NCBI GenBank assembly: GCA_009694745.1
Contig: SHUF01000001.1
Coordinates: forward strand, 80,397-144,396
Direction of reading: 5' to 3'
Length of the DNA stretch: 64,000 nt
Origin: Acidobacteriota bacterium
GTDB lineage: Bacteria > Acidobacteriota > Vicinamibacteria > Vicinamibacterales > SCN-69-37
The notes beneath the pieces are model-generated. The model searched no databases. It had not been told where the DNA came from and saw nothing but the letters and a program-made list of their open reading frames with translations. Of this stretch, positions 55,716 through 64,000 are shown piece after piece. The stretch's first letter is position 1. Each line of letters starts with the position of its first letter. Made by a program: the position numbers and the translations under genes.

Positions 55716-57881
55716 CTACCGCCCGGCCGTCACGGCCGCCGCCTGCCTCAACCTGGCAGTCCCCGCTGCAATGGCAGCCACCACCCTCGTCGCTTCCGCG
55801 CCGAACATCGCCATGTCTTTTTTCTCAACGGCCTCGCGCAGTGCCGGGTATGGCCACGGGGCGTAACCAGTCGTCAGGCCTGGGCCAATCAGCTGGTGCT
55901 TGAACCACGGCCGTCCGGGGAGTCCCTGTGGATGGAGGAACGCGCGTTCCACCTGGATCAGCGTGTCGCTGATGCGTGCGGCCGCAGCGGCGTCTCCAGA
56001 TGCGGCCACGCGATCGGCAGCGGCGTCGGCGGCCACGCCAGCTCTTTCAAGGTCCGACAGCGCCGTGACCATCGGCGTGAAGTCGGGAAGGAACGGCGCC
56101 CCAACGGCGATGCGCGCACGTTTGGTCACGTCTGTCCGGATCTCGTCCAGGTCCTCACGAAGCGCGCGCGCGTAGCCCGAGAAGCGCAGCGGCGCCACGT
56201 CGGCCGACGCGATTCGCATCGTCAACAAGCCCATCAGCTGTGCGGCCGCCTGGTGATAGACAAAGTCCGGATCGCCAAACAGCGACATCCAGCGGAAGTT
56301 GTCATAGACCGAGTGATACACGCCCGAGCTGCCGCCGAAACCCATGTCGGTGGCGGGCACGCCGAGAAAGTCGAGGAACGCGGTGTAGTCGGAACCCGAA
56401 CCGAGACGACCGAGCTGGAGATCAAACTCGCGATCGGGTCCGCCGAGGGTCACGGGCGCGCTTTGCGCCCAGGCCGCCTTGGCACGTCCCTCCCAGAGGG
56501 CGCCGACGCTGCCACCCTTGCGCGGATCCGGCACCAGCCGCGCGACCTCGCGCATGACATCGCGAAGCGACGGCACGCCAGAGGCACTGAAGTCTGGTCC
56601 CGACACGGCGGAGTCGAGATTGAGGTACGCCACGGCCTTCTGCGACAGCATTGCGGCGTTGGCTTCCACCCATTCGGTGGATCCCACCAGCCCGTACTCT
56701 TCCGCGTCCCAGGATCCAAGAATGATCGTGCGCTTCGGTTTCCACCCGGCCTTGAGGGCCACGCCGAACGATCGGGCCACCTCGAGCATGGCGGCCGTGC
56801 CCGAGTTGGGATCGATCGCGCCCGGGGTCCAGGCATCACGATGGTTGCCGACGACGAGGACTTGATCGGTGGTGCCGGGAATGGTGGCCATGACGTTGTA
56901 GATGGGCTTCAACCCCTCGTCCATCTCCACCTTCATCTCGACCGCCGCCCCGCCTGGCCCGACGTGATACGAAAATGGCAACCCGCCCTGCCAGCCGTCG
57001 GGCACCCGGGGCCCGCCCAGTTGCCGCAGCAGCTTCTCTGCCTCGCGATGCGCGATGGGCAGAGACGGAATCTTCGGCACGTTCTTCATCTGATCGCGCG
57101 TAATGCGCGGGGCGCCGTCGATGGACGGGACGCCGCCGGGAGTGGATGGGTCACCAGGCTGAATCGACAGGTACTGCACCGAACCGCGCTGAATCGCCGA
57201 GGCCGGCCGCATGGGTCCGTCGGGGTAGACATCGCCGCGCATGTAGCCGTCGTCTGCCGGATCGGAGTAGATGAGTACGCCGATGGCACCGCGCTCTTCG
57301 GCTTCCTTCACTTTCAGGCCTCGGAAGGCGCCGCCATAACGCACGAGCGCGATCTTCCCTTCCACAGACAGCCCCATCGTCTTGAGCCGCTCGTGGTCGG
57401 CCGGGGCGCCGTAGTTCACGTAGATGACCTGGCCGCTGGCAACACCTGAAGCGCCGTAGCCATGAAACGCCGGAAACTGACCGCGGTAACTGGCGGCCGT
57501 ATCCTGCGGATAGGTGTCTTCCATCAGCGCCAGTTCCTGCCGCGAGGGCGCCGTCATCGTCAACGAGACCAGTTTGGGATGGTTGAGGAAGACGTCGTAT
57601 TTCACCGTCTCGACCGAAAGCCCGAACTCGACCATGCGATCACGAACGTAGTCGGCGACTTTTTTTTCGGCGGGTGTGCCGGCCACGTGCGGCACTTCGG
57701 TCAGCGCCTCCAGCCATTTCTTCGCATTTGAAAGCGATGGTGTGTCGAGCACGATGCGCTCGTATTTCGCGAGCGCGTCGGCGGAGGAGCGCGAGAAGCC
57801 CACCGGCGGCTTCGCTGTTTCCTGCGCTGAAAGCGAAGCGACGACCAGGCACACCGGGACAACGAGGGGGAAACGCTGCAT
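55716..57881 (-). CDS. M28-family peptidase, glutamate carboxypeptidase II/transferrin-receptor-like, secreted
   Basis: 721 aa with signal peptide MQRFPLVVPVCLVVASLSA. It has a PA domain, an M28 catalytic region (GNHRDAW...GSWDAEEYGLVGSTEW) and a C-terminal dimerisation-like helical domain. Confidence 0.8.
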   Translation of the reverse strand: MQRFPLVVPVCLVVASLSAQETAKPPVGFSRSSADALAKYERIVLDTPSLSNAKKWLEALTEVPHVAGTPAEKKVADYVRDRMVEFGLSVETVKYDVFLNHPKLVSLTMTAPSRQELALMEDTYPQDTAASYRGQFPAFHGYGASGVASGQVIYVNYGAPADHERLKTMGLSVEGKIALVRYGGAFRGLKVKEAEERGAIGVLIYSDPADDGYMRGDVYPDGPMRPASAIQRGSVQYLSIQPGDPSTPGGVPSIDGAPRITRDQMKNVPKIPSLPIAHREAEKLLRQLGGPRVPDGWQGGLPFSYHVGPGGAAVEMKVEMDEGLKPIYNVMATIPGTTDQVLVVGNHRDAWTPGAIDPNSGTAAMLEVARSFGVALKAGWKPKRTIILGSWDAEEYGLVGSTEWVEANAAMLSQKAVAYLNLDSAVSGPDFSASGVPSLRDVMREVARLVPDPRKGGSVGALWEGRAKAAWAQSAPVTLGGPDREFDLQLGRLGSGSDYTAFLDFLGVPATDMGFGGSSGVYHSVYDNFRWMSLFGDPDFVYHQAAAQLMGLLTMRIASADVAPLRFSGYARALREDLDEIRTDVTKRARIAVGAPFLPDFTPMVTALSDLERAGVAADAAADRVAASGDAAAAARISDTLIQVERAFLHPQGLPGRPWFKHQLIGPGLTTGYAPWPYPALREAVEKKDMAMFGAEATRVVAAIAAGTARLRQAAAVTAGR

Positions 57882-57888
57882 GAGCGCT

Positions 57889-57894
57889 ATTGTC
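57889..57894 (-). promoter_or_regulatory. -10-like box GACAAT, 7 nt upstream of ATG 57881 (leaderless candidate)
   Basis: Minus strand reads GCAGACAATAGCGCTCATG. No SD is present. Confidence 0.35.
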
Positions 57895-58079
57895 TGCGAT
57901 CTTGCGCCACGCGCCCGGTCAACTGCTTCGGCTTCGTTCGCGTGCCTCGGTCACCATCCAGGGACCGTGGAGCGGGCAGTCAAGCCGATGGCGGGTCGTG
58001 GTACATCAGCCGCATGAGCTCGGCCAGTGTCTCCAGGACTTTTCGGGCGAACATGGGCGCGATTGTATCTCGGGGGCGG

Positions 58080-59945
58080 CTATCGCCGGCGCGTGATCGT
58101 GATGGACGTGATCACGTCACCCTCCAGCACCCGATCCACGATATCAATACCTGCGGTGACGCGGGCAAAGACGGTGTACTGGTGGTCGAGCCGGAAGTTA
58201 TCGATGAGGTTCACGAAGATCTGGCCGTCACCGGTGTCATGCCCGCGGGTGGAGATGCCGAGCGTGCCACGCAGGTGGCTGGTCATTCCCACTTCATCGC
58301 GCAGGAACTGGCTGGTGGCGCTGTCCATCTCGTCGGCGCCAGGGCTGCCACCCTGAATCACGAAGTTGGTCGCAAACCGGTGGAAGGTCAGGCCATTGAA
58401 CTGGCCACGATCGGCGAGCGCGGCAAACGCCGCTACGGTCACCGGCGCGTCCTCGGTGAGCAGGTCGATGGTAAACGTGCCAAGCCCGGCCATCGTCACG
58501 CGCGCTGTGGCACCGCGCAGGTTGCGCAGCGTCTGTTCGGAGGGCAGCGGATCGCCGACGTACGCTTTGGTCGTTGCGGTGACGACGCCTGAGGTGGCCT
58601 TCGAAATGATGTCGGCCGCGAGTGTCGCCACTACCGGGTCGCGGTCGGCTAGCAGGCCGCGCAGGGGTTGGACGATCGAGGCATCACCAGATTCGCGGAG
58701 TCGCTCGAGCAACTGCACGCGCGGATCGCGAACGGTAGCCCGACCCGTGCGAGTCAGGCGCTGGAGCGTGGCCAGCATCTGCGGCACCGCAGCCGGCAAT
58801 TCAGGTGTGCCCTTCAGCAGGCGCGCTGCCGCGTCGAGCAAGCCGGCGTGATCGCTCGCGAGCGCTCGCACCGCGTCCGCGCCAGTGGTGATGGCCGCCG
58901 CCATCACGTTCGGCTGTGGGTCCCTGGCGAGCGTAGCCAGGGTCGGACTATCTTTCAGCAGCTTCGCCGCGCTGGCGGCGTACGTGCGCACCTGCCAGAT
59001 GGGATCTGCCGCGAGCACTGGCAGGTAAGGACGAGCGGCCTCTGGCGCGAGACGCGCGAGCGACACGAGGGCTCGCGCGCGAATGCGCCACGTCTTGCCG
59101 CCTTTGACAAGGGGTTCGATGCCAGCCGCGGGACACGCGCTTCGGCCCGAGAAATCGATAGCCGCGAGGATCACGAGCTCACTCGGGTCGCCAAGCGCGT
59201 GCACGGCGCGATCGCACGTACCGGCCAGACGCATTGTTTCGTAACGCACCATCGGCGACGGGTCGTCCACCCACTGCCTGGAGCCGAGTACGGCGAGCCG
59301 CCGCACCTGAGGACTGGGATCCGCGAGCGCCAGCGCAATCGTCGCGGGGTCTTTGTCACCCGCGACGTTCAATGTGAGCATGGCCAGTTCCCGCAGGTGC
59401 GCGCTGGCGTTGTTGCGTATCGCCTGCCGCAAGGCGCTGACTGTCTCGAGCGCGGGTTTGAGGGACCGTGCGTTCACCCGGAAGTACGACTCCAGACCGC
59501 GCGCGGCGCCTACACGCGCCGGCTCGCTCGGGTCAGTCAGGCCACCAACCAGCAGGCGTTCACTTTCACCGGGCACGGGTGTGACACGCCCGATCGTGTC
59601 GAAGATCACGGCGCGGACATCGCCGGATCGCTCGTCGCGCAACAAGGCGCCGTAGTCAAACGCCGCGCGCACCTGCCCCATCGCGTTGGCCGCCTCTGCG
59701 CGCACAAGCGCGTCCGGGGCACGCAACAACGGGACTATCGCGTCCTTGAGCGCAGGACGCTCGAGCCGCCCTGCGGTGCGCACCGCCAGGCGTTGAGTTG
59801 AAGGGTCAGCACTCTTGAGGGCAACCAGCAGCACCGACACGTCATCGGCGCGGGTATCTTCGATTTCAAGGAGGCGTTGCTCGACAGACACCGACGGCGC
59901 CTGCACAAGCAGGGCACACAACAACCATGCGGCTGGGAGTTTCAC
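58080..59945 (-). CDS. HEAT-repeat protein fused to a C-terminal cyclophilin-type peptidyl-prolyl isomerase
   Basis: The start was moved to GTG 59945 (VKLPAAWLLCALLVQAPS leader). HEAT-like repeats cover about the first 430 aa. The C-terminus FHRFATNFVIQGG...GTLGISTRGHDTGDGQIFVNL is a cyclophilin fold. Confidence 0.75.
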   Translation of the reverse strand: MKLPAAWLLCALLVQAPSVSVEQRLLEIEDTRADDVSVLLVALKSADPSTQRLAVRTAGRLERPALKDAIVPLLRAPDALVRAEAANAMGQVRAAFDYGALLRDERSGDVRAVIFDTIGRVTPVPGESERLLVGGLTDPSEPARVGAARGLESYFRVNARSLKPALETVSALRQAIRNNASAHLRELAMLTLNVAGDKDPATIALALADPSPQVRRLAVLGSRQWVDDPSPMVRYETMRLAGTCDRAVHALGDPSELVILAAIDFSGRSACPAAGIEPLVKGGKTWRIRARALVSLARLAPEAARPYLPVLAADPIWQVRTYAASAAKLLKDSPTLATLARDPQPNVMAAAITTGADAVRALASDHAGLLDAAARLLKGTPELPAAVPQMLATLQRLTRTGRATVRDPRVQLLERLRESGDASIVQPLRGLLADRDPVVATLAADIISKATSGVVTATTKAYVGDPLPSEQTLRNLRGATARVTMAGLGTFTIDLLTEDAPVTVAAFAALADRGQFNGLTFHRFATNFVIQGGSPGADEMDSATSQFLRDEVGMTSHLRGTLGISTRGHDTGDGQIFVNLIDNFRLDHQYTVFARVTAGIDIVDRVLEGDVITSITITRRR

Positions 59946-59981
59946 GGGTGAGAGTCTATCGCACGGACGCGGCCGCCTCAC

Positions 59982-60016
59982 GGCATACGGTGTTCGGCAT
60001 ACGGCATACGGTGTTC
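59982..60016. promoter_or_regulatory. direct repeats GGCATACGGTGTTC (x2, period 21 bp) with an extra GGCATAC between
   Basis: Copies at 59982-59995 and 60003-60016, with GGCATAC at 59996-60002. They lie in the 163-bp divergent region between the PPIase gene and the MFS gene at 60109. Confidence 0.5.
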
Positions 60017-60108
60017 CCACCAAAGCCGCCCGATGCGGTTACACTCACCCGGTCTGGTCGGCGGTGCCTGGATGATGTGCCGACCGCCGCACCATTTCTG
60101 AGGGTCGA

Positions 60109-61413
60109 ATGACGACTGCTGAAACCACCGTGCCGCCCGGGCGCGACGTGCCGAAAGTCATCTGGTCATGGGCGATGTACGACTGGGCCAACTCGGCTTT
60201 CACCACTCTGGTGGTGACGTTCATCTACTCGTTCTACTTCACGCAGGCGTTTTCGCCCGATGAAGAGACGGGCACACTTTGGTGGTCACGCGCAGTAGCA
60301 CTGAGCGCCATCCTCACTGCTCTTGCGTCGCCAGTCCTGGGCGCAGCCGCCGATCGCGGGGGCGCGCGCAAACGGTATATGGCCGTGGCCCTGGTCGTCT
60401 GCGTTGTCGCCACCTCTGCACTGGCGTTCATCACGCCGGACATGGCCAACGGCGCGTTGGTCGCCCTGGCGGTGTTCATCGTGGCTGACCTGGCGTTTGA
60501 AATCGGCAATGTGTTCTACAACGCGTTCCTGCCAACCATTGCATCGCCGCAACGCATCGGGCGGGTGTCGGGTTATGCTTGGGGGCTGGGCTACGTGGGC
60601 GGCACGGTCTGCATGGGCATCGCCCTCTTCGGTTTTGTGCAACCCGACGTGCCGTGGTTCGGCATGGCGAAGGATCCCGCGTGGAATGCGCGGGCCACCA
60701 ACCTCCTGGTGGCCGTGTGGTTCCTCCTGTTCTCGTTACCGTTTTTCTTTGTGGTCCCTGAGACGCGCGTCTCGGCGCCGAGCATTGGCATCGCGGCTTC
60801 ATTCCGCGGACTCCGGGAAACTGCCCGAAACCTTCGGCGCTTCAAGGAACTCGTCAAGTTCCTGGTGGCCAGGCTCGTCTTTAACGACGGCCTCGTTACG
60901 GTGTTTGCCTTCGGGAGCATCTACGCCAGCAAGGTGTTCGGCATGACCTTGTCCGAGGTCATTCTCTTCGGCGTCTGGCTCAACGTCACGTCGGGCGTTG
61001 GCGCGTTCATCTTCGGCTACGTTGATGACCGCATCGGGGGCAAGAAGACCATCCAGATCTCCATCGTGATGATGTCGGTGGCCACGGCAATGGCCGTCTG
61101 GGCGCCGACCAAAGACTGGTTCTGGGTCGCCGGCAGCCTGCTCGGGATCTTCGTGGGTCCCAACCAGTCAGCCTCGCGCTCACTGATGGGCCGCTTCGTG
61201 CCTGCGAAGCACGAGGCCGAGTTCTTCGGGTTCTTTGCCTTTTCTGGCAAGGCCACGGCATTCGCCGGGCCGCTCCTCCTGGGAGTGCTGACGGATGCGT
61301 TCAGTTCGCACCGCGTGGGCATGGCCAGCATCCTCTTGTTCTTCCTCGTGGGTGGGCTGTTGCTCGTGAGTGTCGACGAGGCCAAAGGCATTGCCGCGGC
61401 TCGCGAAACCTGA
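60109..61413 (+). CDS. MFS transporter, UMF1/Atg22-like family
   Basis: WSWAMYDWANSAFTTLVVTFIY is characteristic of the family. About 12 TM segments. GAGGG precedes the ATG. Confidence 0.75.
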   Translation: MTTAETTVPPGRDVPKVIWSWAMYDWANSAFTTLVVTFIYSFYFTQAFSPDEETGTLWWSRAVALSAILTALASPVLGAAADRGGARKRYMAVALVVCVVATSALAFITPDMANGALVALAVFIVADLAFEIGNVFYNAFLPTIASPQRIGRVSGYAWGLGYVGGTVCMGIALFGFVQPDVPWFGMAKDPAWNARATNLLVAVWFLLFSLPFFFVVPETRVSAPSIGIAASFRGLRETARNLRRFKELVKFLVARLVFNDGLVTVFAFGSIYASKVFGMTLSEVILFGVWLNVTSGVGAFIFGYVDDRIGGKKTIQISIVMMSVATAMAVWAPTKDWFWVAGSLLGIFVGPNQSASRSLMGRFVPAKHEAEFFGFFAFSGKATAFAGPLLLGVLTDAFSSHRVGMASILLFFLVGGLLLVSVDEAKGIAAARET

Positions 61414-61420
61414 GACGTGC

Positions 61421-61442
61421 GGCACGGGCTGAAGCCCATGCC
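61421..61442. terminator. GC hairpin between convergent genes (no U-tract)
   Basis: GGCACGGGC-TGAA-GCCCATGCC, a 9-bp stem with one mismatch. Confidence 0.35.
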
Positions 61443-61449
61443 CTCCGAT

Positions 61450-62724
61450 CTATTGCCGGACGATGCGTCCGTCCTTCATCACGAACTGCACCTTCTTGAG
61501 GGCGGCAATATTGGCGAGCGGATCATCAACGGTCGCGATCAAATCCGCGGCCTGACCCACCTTGATGCTTCCTCGCACCGCGTCGAGGCCCAGCAGCCGA
61601 TGCGCTTCCGTCGTCATCGCCTTGAGAATGGCCGGCGCTGGAATTCCCGCCTCAACCCAGGGATCAACACCCGAGATCGCGACCTCACCGCGGGTCTTGC
61701 CATCAACGGCTGCGATGACATCGGTGCCGTACACCAGCGTCACGCCAATCTTGAGCGCCCGCCTGAGCCGATCCACGACCTGCGTGCGGAACGCCCCATC
61801 GAAGGAATCGGAGGTCACCAGGAACTCCGTGCCAACCAGGGCCACGTTGTTCTTCTTCGCAAGCGACAGGATCTCGTCTGTCATGTCGATGCCATGGTCG
61901 ATCGAGTCCACGCCGGCTTCCGCAGCATTTTGTGCGCCGGCGCGTGTCCACGCGTGCGCCGCGAGCTTGAGGCCTGCCCGAGCCGCTTCCGCTTTGATGA
62001 ATTTGATGTCGTCAACCGAGTAGATGTAGCGCTGGTCATCCACCACGATCTTGATCACGGTGGCGCCGAAATGGGCATTCTGCCGCACAGCTTTCACCAT
62101 TTCGTCGCGCGTGTCGGCAAAGGCGTACTCGGGTTCCGCCAGGCCCGGTTTGTCAGGCTGCAGCTGGAACTGCCCTCCGAACGGCGCAATGATCCTGCCG
62201 GCCGTGACCATCGTCGGCCCGGGAATGAGGCCCTGCATGATGCCCTTGCGCACCTGCACACAGGCGTAGTTGCCCTCATTCCCCACGTCGCGCACGGACG
62301 TGAATCCGGCCTCGAGCATTGTCCTGGCATTGGCCGTGCCCTGCACCGCTCGAAACGCGTCCGGGTCGTTCAGGGTCGTGTAGTAGTAGCTGCCGTGGTC
62401 GCGCGCCGCGATCACCTGCATGCACAGGTGCGTATGCGCGTCCACCAGGCCGGGCATCACGGAGGCTTTTGACAGATCGATCACGGTCGCACCGGTCGGA
62501 ATGGCCAGACCTCTGCCGACCGCAGAGATTCGTCCGCCGGCGACCAGGATGATCTGATCTGTGGCAACCGTACCGGTGTCCGGGTCAATGAGCCGACCTG
62601 CCCGAATCGCCGTCACGCCCGCCTGCAGCGGGGCGGCTTCCGGAACCGGGGCCACGGCGAATACGGCTACAGCCAGGACCAGTGCCACAAGGATCGTTTT
62701 GGATCGAGTCATGCCGCGGAGCAT
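61450..62724 (-). CDS. metal-dependent amidohydrolase (imidazolonepropionase/Xaa-Pro dipeptidase-like), secreted
   Basis: Signal peptide present. Motifs: IRAGRLIDPDTG, VMPGLVDAHTHL and IDHG. The start is 62724 or 62712. Confidence 0.75.
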   Translation of the reverse strand: MLRGMTRSKTILVALVLAVAVFAVAPVPEAAPLQAGVTAIRAGRLIDPDTGTVATDQIILVAGGRISAVGRGLAIPTGATVIDLSKASVMPGLVDAHTHLCMQVIAARDHGSYYYTTLNDPDAFRAVQGTANARTMLEAGFTSVRDVGNEGNYACVQVRKGIMQGLIPGPTMVTAGRIIAPFGGQFQLQPDKPGLAEPEYAFADTRDEMVKAVRQNAHFGATVIKIVVDDQRYIYSVDDIKFIKAEAARAGLKLAAHAWTRAGAQNAAEAGVDSIDHGIDMTDEILSLAKKNNVALVGTEFLVTSDSFDGAFRTQVVDRLRRALKIGVTLVYGTDVIAAVDGKTRGEVAISGVDPWVEAGIPAPAILKAMTTEAHRLLGLDAVRGSIKVGQAADLIATVDDPLANIAALKKVQFVMKDGRIVRQ

Positions 62725-62734
62725 ACTCTAGGCC

Positions 62735-64000
62735 ATGACGATGCGCGTTCGGATTCTCTCGCTGGTGCTGGCCTCGATCGTGACCGTGGCCATTGGAGCC
62801 GTTGGCGCACAACAAGCCCAGCCTGGCCAACTGCCTCCACCGCCGGATGTGGCTGCCGCGCCGCCTGATGCCATGGTCACCGCCTCAGGACTGGCCTCGA
62901 AGGTGCTGACACCAGGAAGAGGCACCGAGCGGCCGACCGCCGCCTCAACGATCAGAGTCCACTACAGCGGCTGGACCACTGACGGGCAGATGTTCGACAG
63001 CTCCGTCGTCCGAGGCGAGCCGACATCATTCGGCGTCACCCGCGTGATCAGAGGCTGGACCGAAGGAGTGCAATTGATGGTGAAGGGTGAGAAGCGGCGC
63101 TTCTGGATTCCGGCGGGCCTGGCCTATGGGGACAACCCGCGTGCAGGAGCCCCGCGTGGACTGCTCGTGTTTGACGTCGAGTTGCTCGAGATCACGACAC
63201 CGGCTGATACCGCCGGTCTTCTGGCTGGCTATGGCACGCACAAGACGATGACCACGGCGTCGCCGTACAAACTCATTCCGTGGCAGTCCATCGGCCCGTC
63301 GAATCACACCGGACGCATGACATCGGTCGCGGTGGCCGATGTGCAGGGCGTGCGCAACATCTATGTGGGCGCGGCCACTGGCGGCGTCTGGAAGTCTGCG
63401 AACCGCGGTTTGACATGGCGCCCCATCTTCGAGCGTGAGGCAAGCGCAAGCATCGGCGACGTGGCGGTGGCGCCATCGAATCCTTCGATTGTGTGGGTGG
63501 GCACCGGTGAGTCCAATCTCTTCCGCGCGAGCATGGCGGGAACGGGCATCTACAAGTCGATCAATGCCGGCAGGACATGGCAACACATGGGACTGACCGA
63601 CACGGGCACCATCGGCCGCGTCCTTGTACACCCGACCAATCCCGGCATCGTGTACGTGGCAGCCTCGGGCCATGAGTGGACGCCCAATGACATGCGCGGC
63701 GTCTTCAAAACCACCGATGGCGGCAAGACGTGGGTGAAGGTGTTGTATCGCAGCCCGAACACGGGCGCGGTGGATCTGGTGATGGACCCGAAGGACCCGA
63801 ACACGTTGTATGCCGGCATGTGGCAGCGCGTGCGCCGCAAGTGGAGTGACCCGCGCGTGGAGCCGACCTACAGCGAGGGCGGCGTGTGGAAGACCACGGA
63901 CGGCGGCGTCACATGGGTGCCGGCCAACACGGGGTTGCCCGAGGCGCGGTTCCGTGGGCGCGTGGGCCTCGATGTCTCGCGATCGAATCCGAACGTGGTC
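62735..64000 (+). CDS. FKBP-type PPIase domain fused to BNR/Asp-box (sortilin/Ycf48-like) beta-propeller; runs off the right edge
   Basis: Absent from the ORF track (no stop in the window). Manual translation from ATG 62735 gives MTMRVRILSLVLASIVTVAIGA (signal). It continues with VHYSGWTTDGQMFDSS...GVTRVIRGWTEGVQLM...RFWIPAGLAYG (FKBP). It then shows repeated Asp-box-like units (KSANRGLTW, KSINAGRTW, KTTDGGKTW, KTTDGGVTW). The frame is open to position 64000. Confidence 0.8.
   Translation, partial: MTMRVRILSLVLASIVTVAIGAVGAQQAQPGQLPPPPDVAAAPPDAMVTASGLASKVLTPGRGTERPTAASTIRVHYSGWTTDGQMFDSSVVRGEPTSFGVTRVIRGWTEGVQLMVKGEKRRFWIPAGLAYGDNPRAGAPRGLLVFDVELLEITTPADTAGLLAGYGTHKTMTTASPYKLIPWQSIGPSNHTGRMTSVAVADVQGVRNIYVGAATGGVWKSANRGLTWRPIFEREASASIGDVAVAPSNPSIVWVGTGESNLFRASMAGTGIYKSINAGRTWQHMGLTDTGTIGRVLVHPTNPGIVYVAASGHEWTPNDMRGVFKTTDGGKTWVKVLYRSPNTGAVDLVMDPKDPNTLYAGMWQRVRRKWSDPRVEPTYSEGGVWKTTDGGVTWVPANTGLPEARFRGRVGLDVSRSNPNVV

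Noticed and set aside
57660-57667. T8 (A8 on the coding strand) homopolymer inside the M28 peptidase gene as a phase-variation tract.
   Set aside because: It simply encodes EKK in an intact frame. A single occurrence gives no evidence of variability.

Overview
This is a 64-kb, clearly high-GC, gene-dense bacterial chromosomal segment. I count about 50 intact protein genes and 5 decayed ones. I recognised no rRNA, tRNA, CRISPR array, transposase, integrase or phage gene. The gene content suggests an Acidobacteriota-like soil bacterium (inference only): a PD40/TolB-propeller Ser/Thr kinase, a remnant of a MacB/ADOP-type permease, LVIVD and YVTN propellers, TIGR03067, DUF885/DUF3500/DUF5916, and many Sec/Tat-exported peptidases and amidohydrolases. 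Core functions present are asd-lysC (left edge), sdhCAB, an L-lactate permease, an FMN 2-hydroxyacid oxidase, Dps, and ABC/APC/MFS transporters. Accessory content is an HTH-fused HipA (YjjJ/HipH-like) kinase behind a ~30% GC operator-like island, and a PIN toxin with a downstream small partner. I cannot identify a complete, clearly novel multi-gene system. The observations most worth follow-up are: (1) two short repeat families, a (GTCCAGR)n heptamer array at gene 3' ends and a REP-like hairpin, with the heptamer also present in-frame inside the kinase gene; (2) a chimeric kinase-N-lobe/GGDEF gene broken by two in-frame stops, part of a general excess of nonsense-interrupted genes; (3) an intrinsic terminator placed directly against the asd ribosome-binding site, suggesting an attenuator; (4) frequent -10 boxes 6-9 nt upstream of start codons, implying leaderless mRNAs; (5) a six-gene, translationally coupled operon of odd composition (EVE, Fsr-MFS, dNK-like kinase, two-subunit GMC dehydrogenase, hydrolase). 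All functional calls rest on motif recognition by eye. No database search was run.
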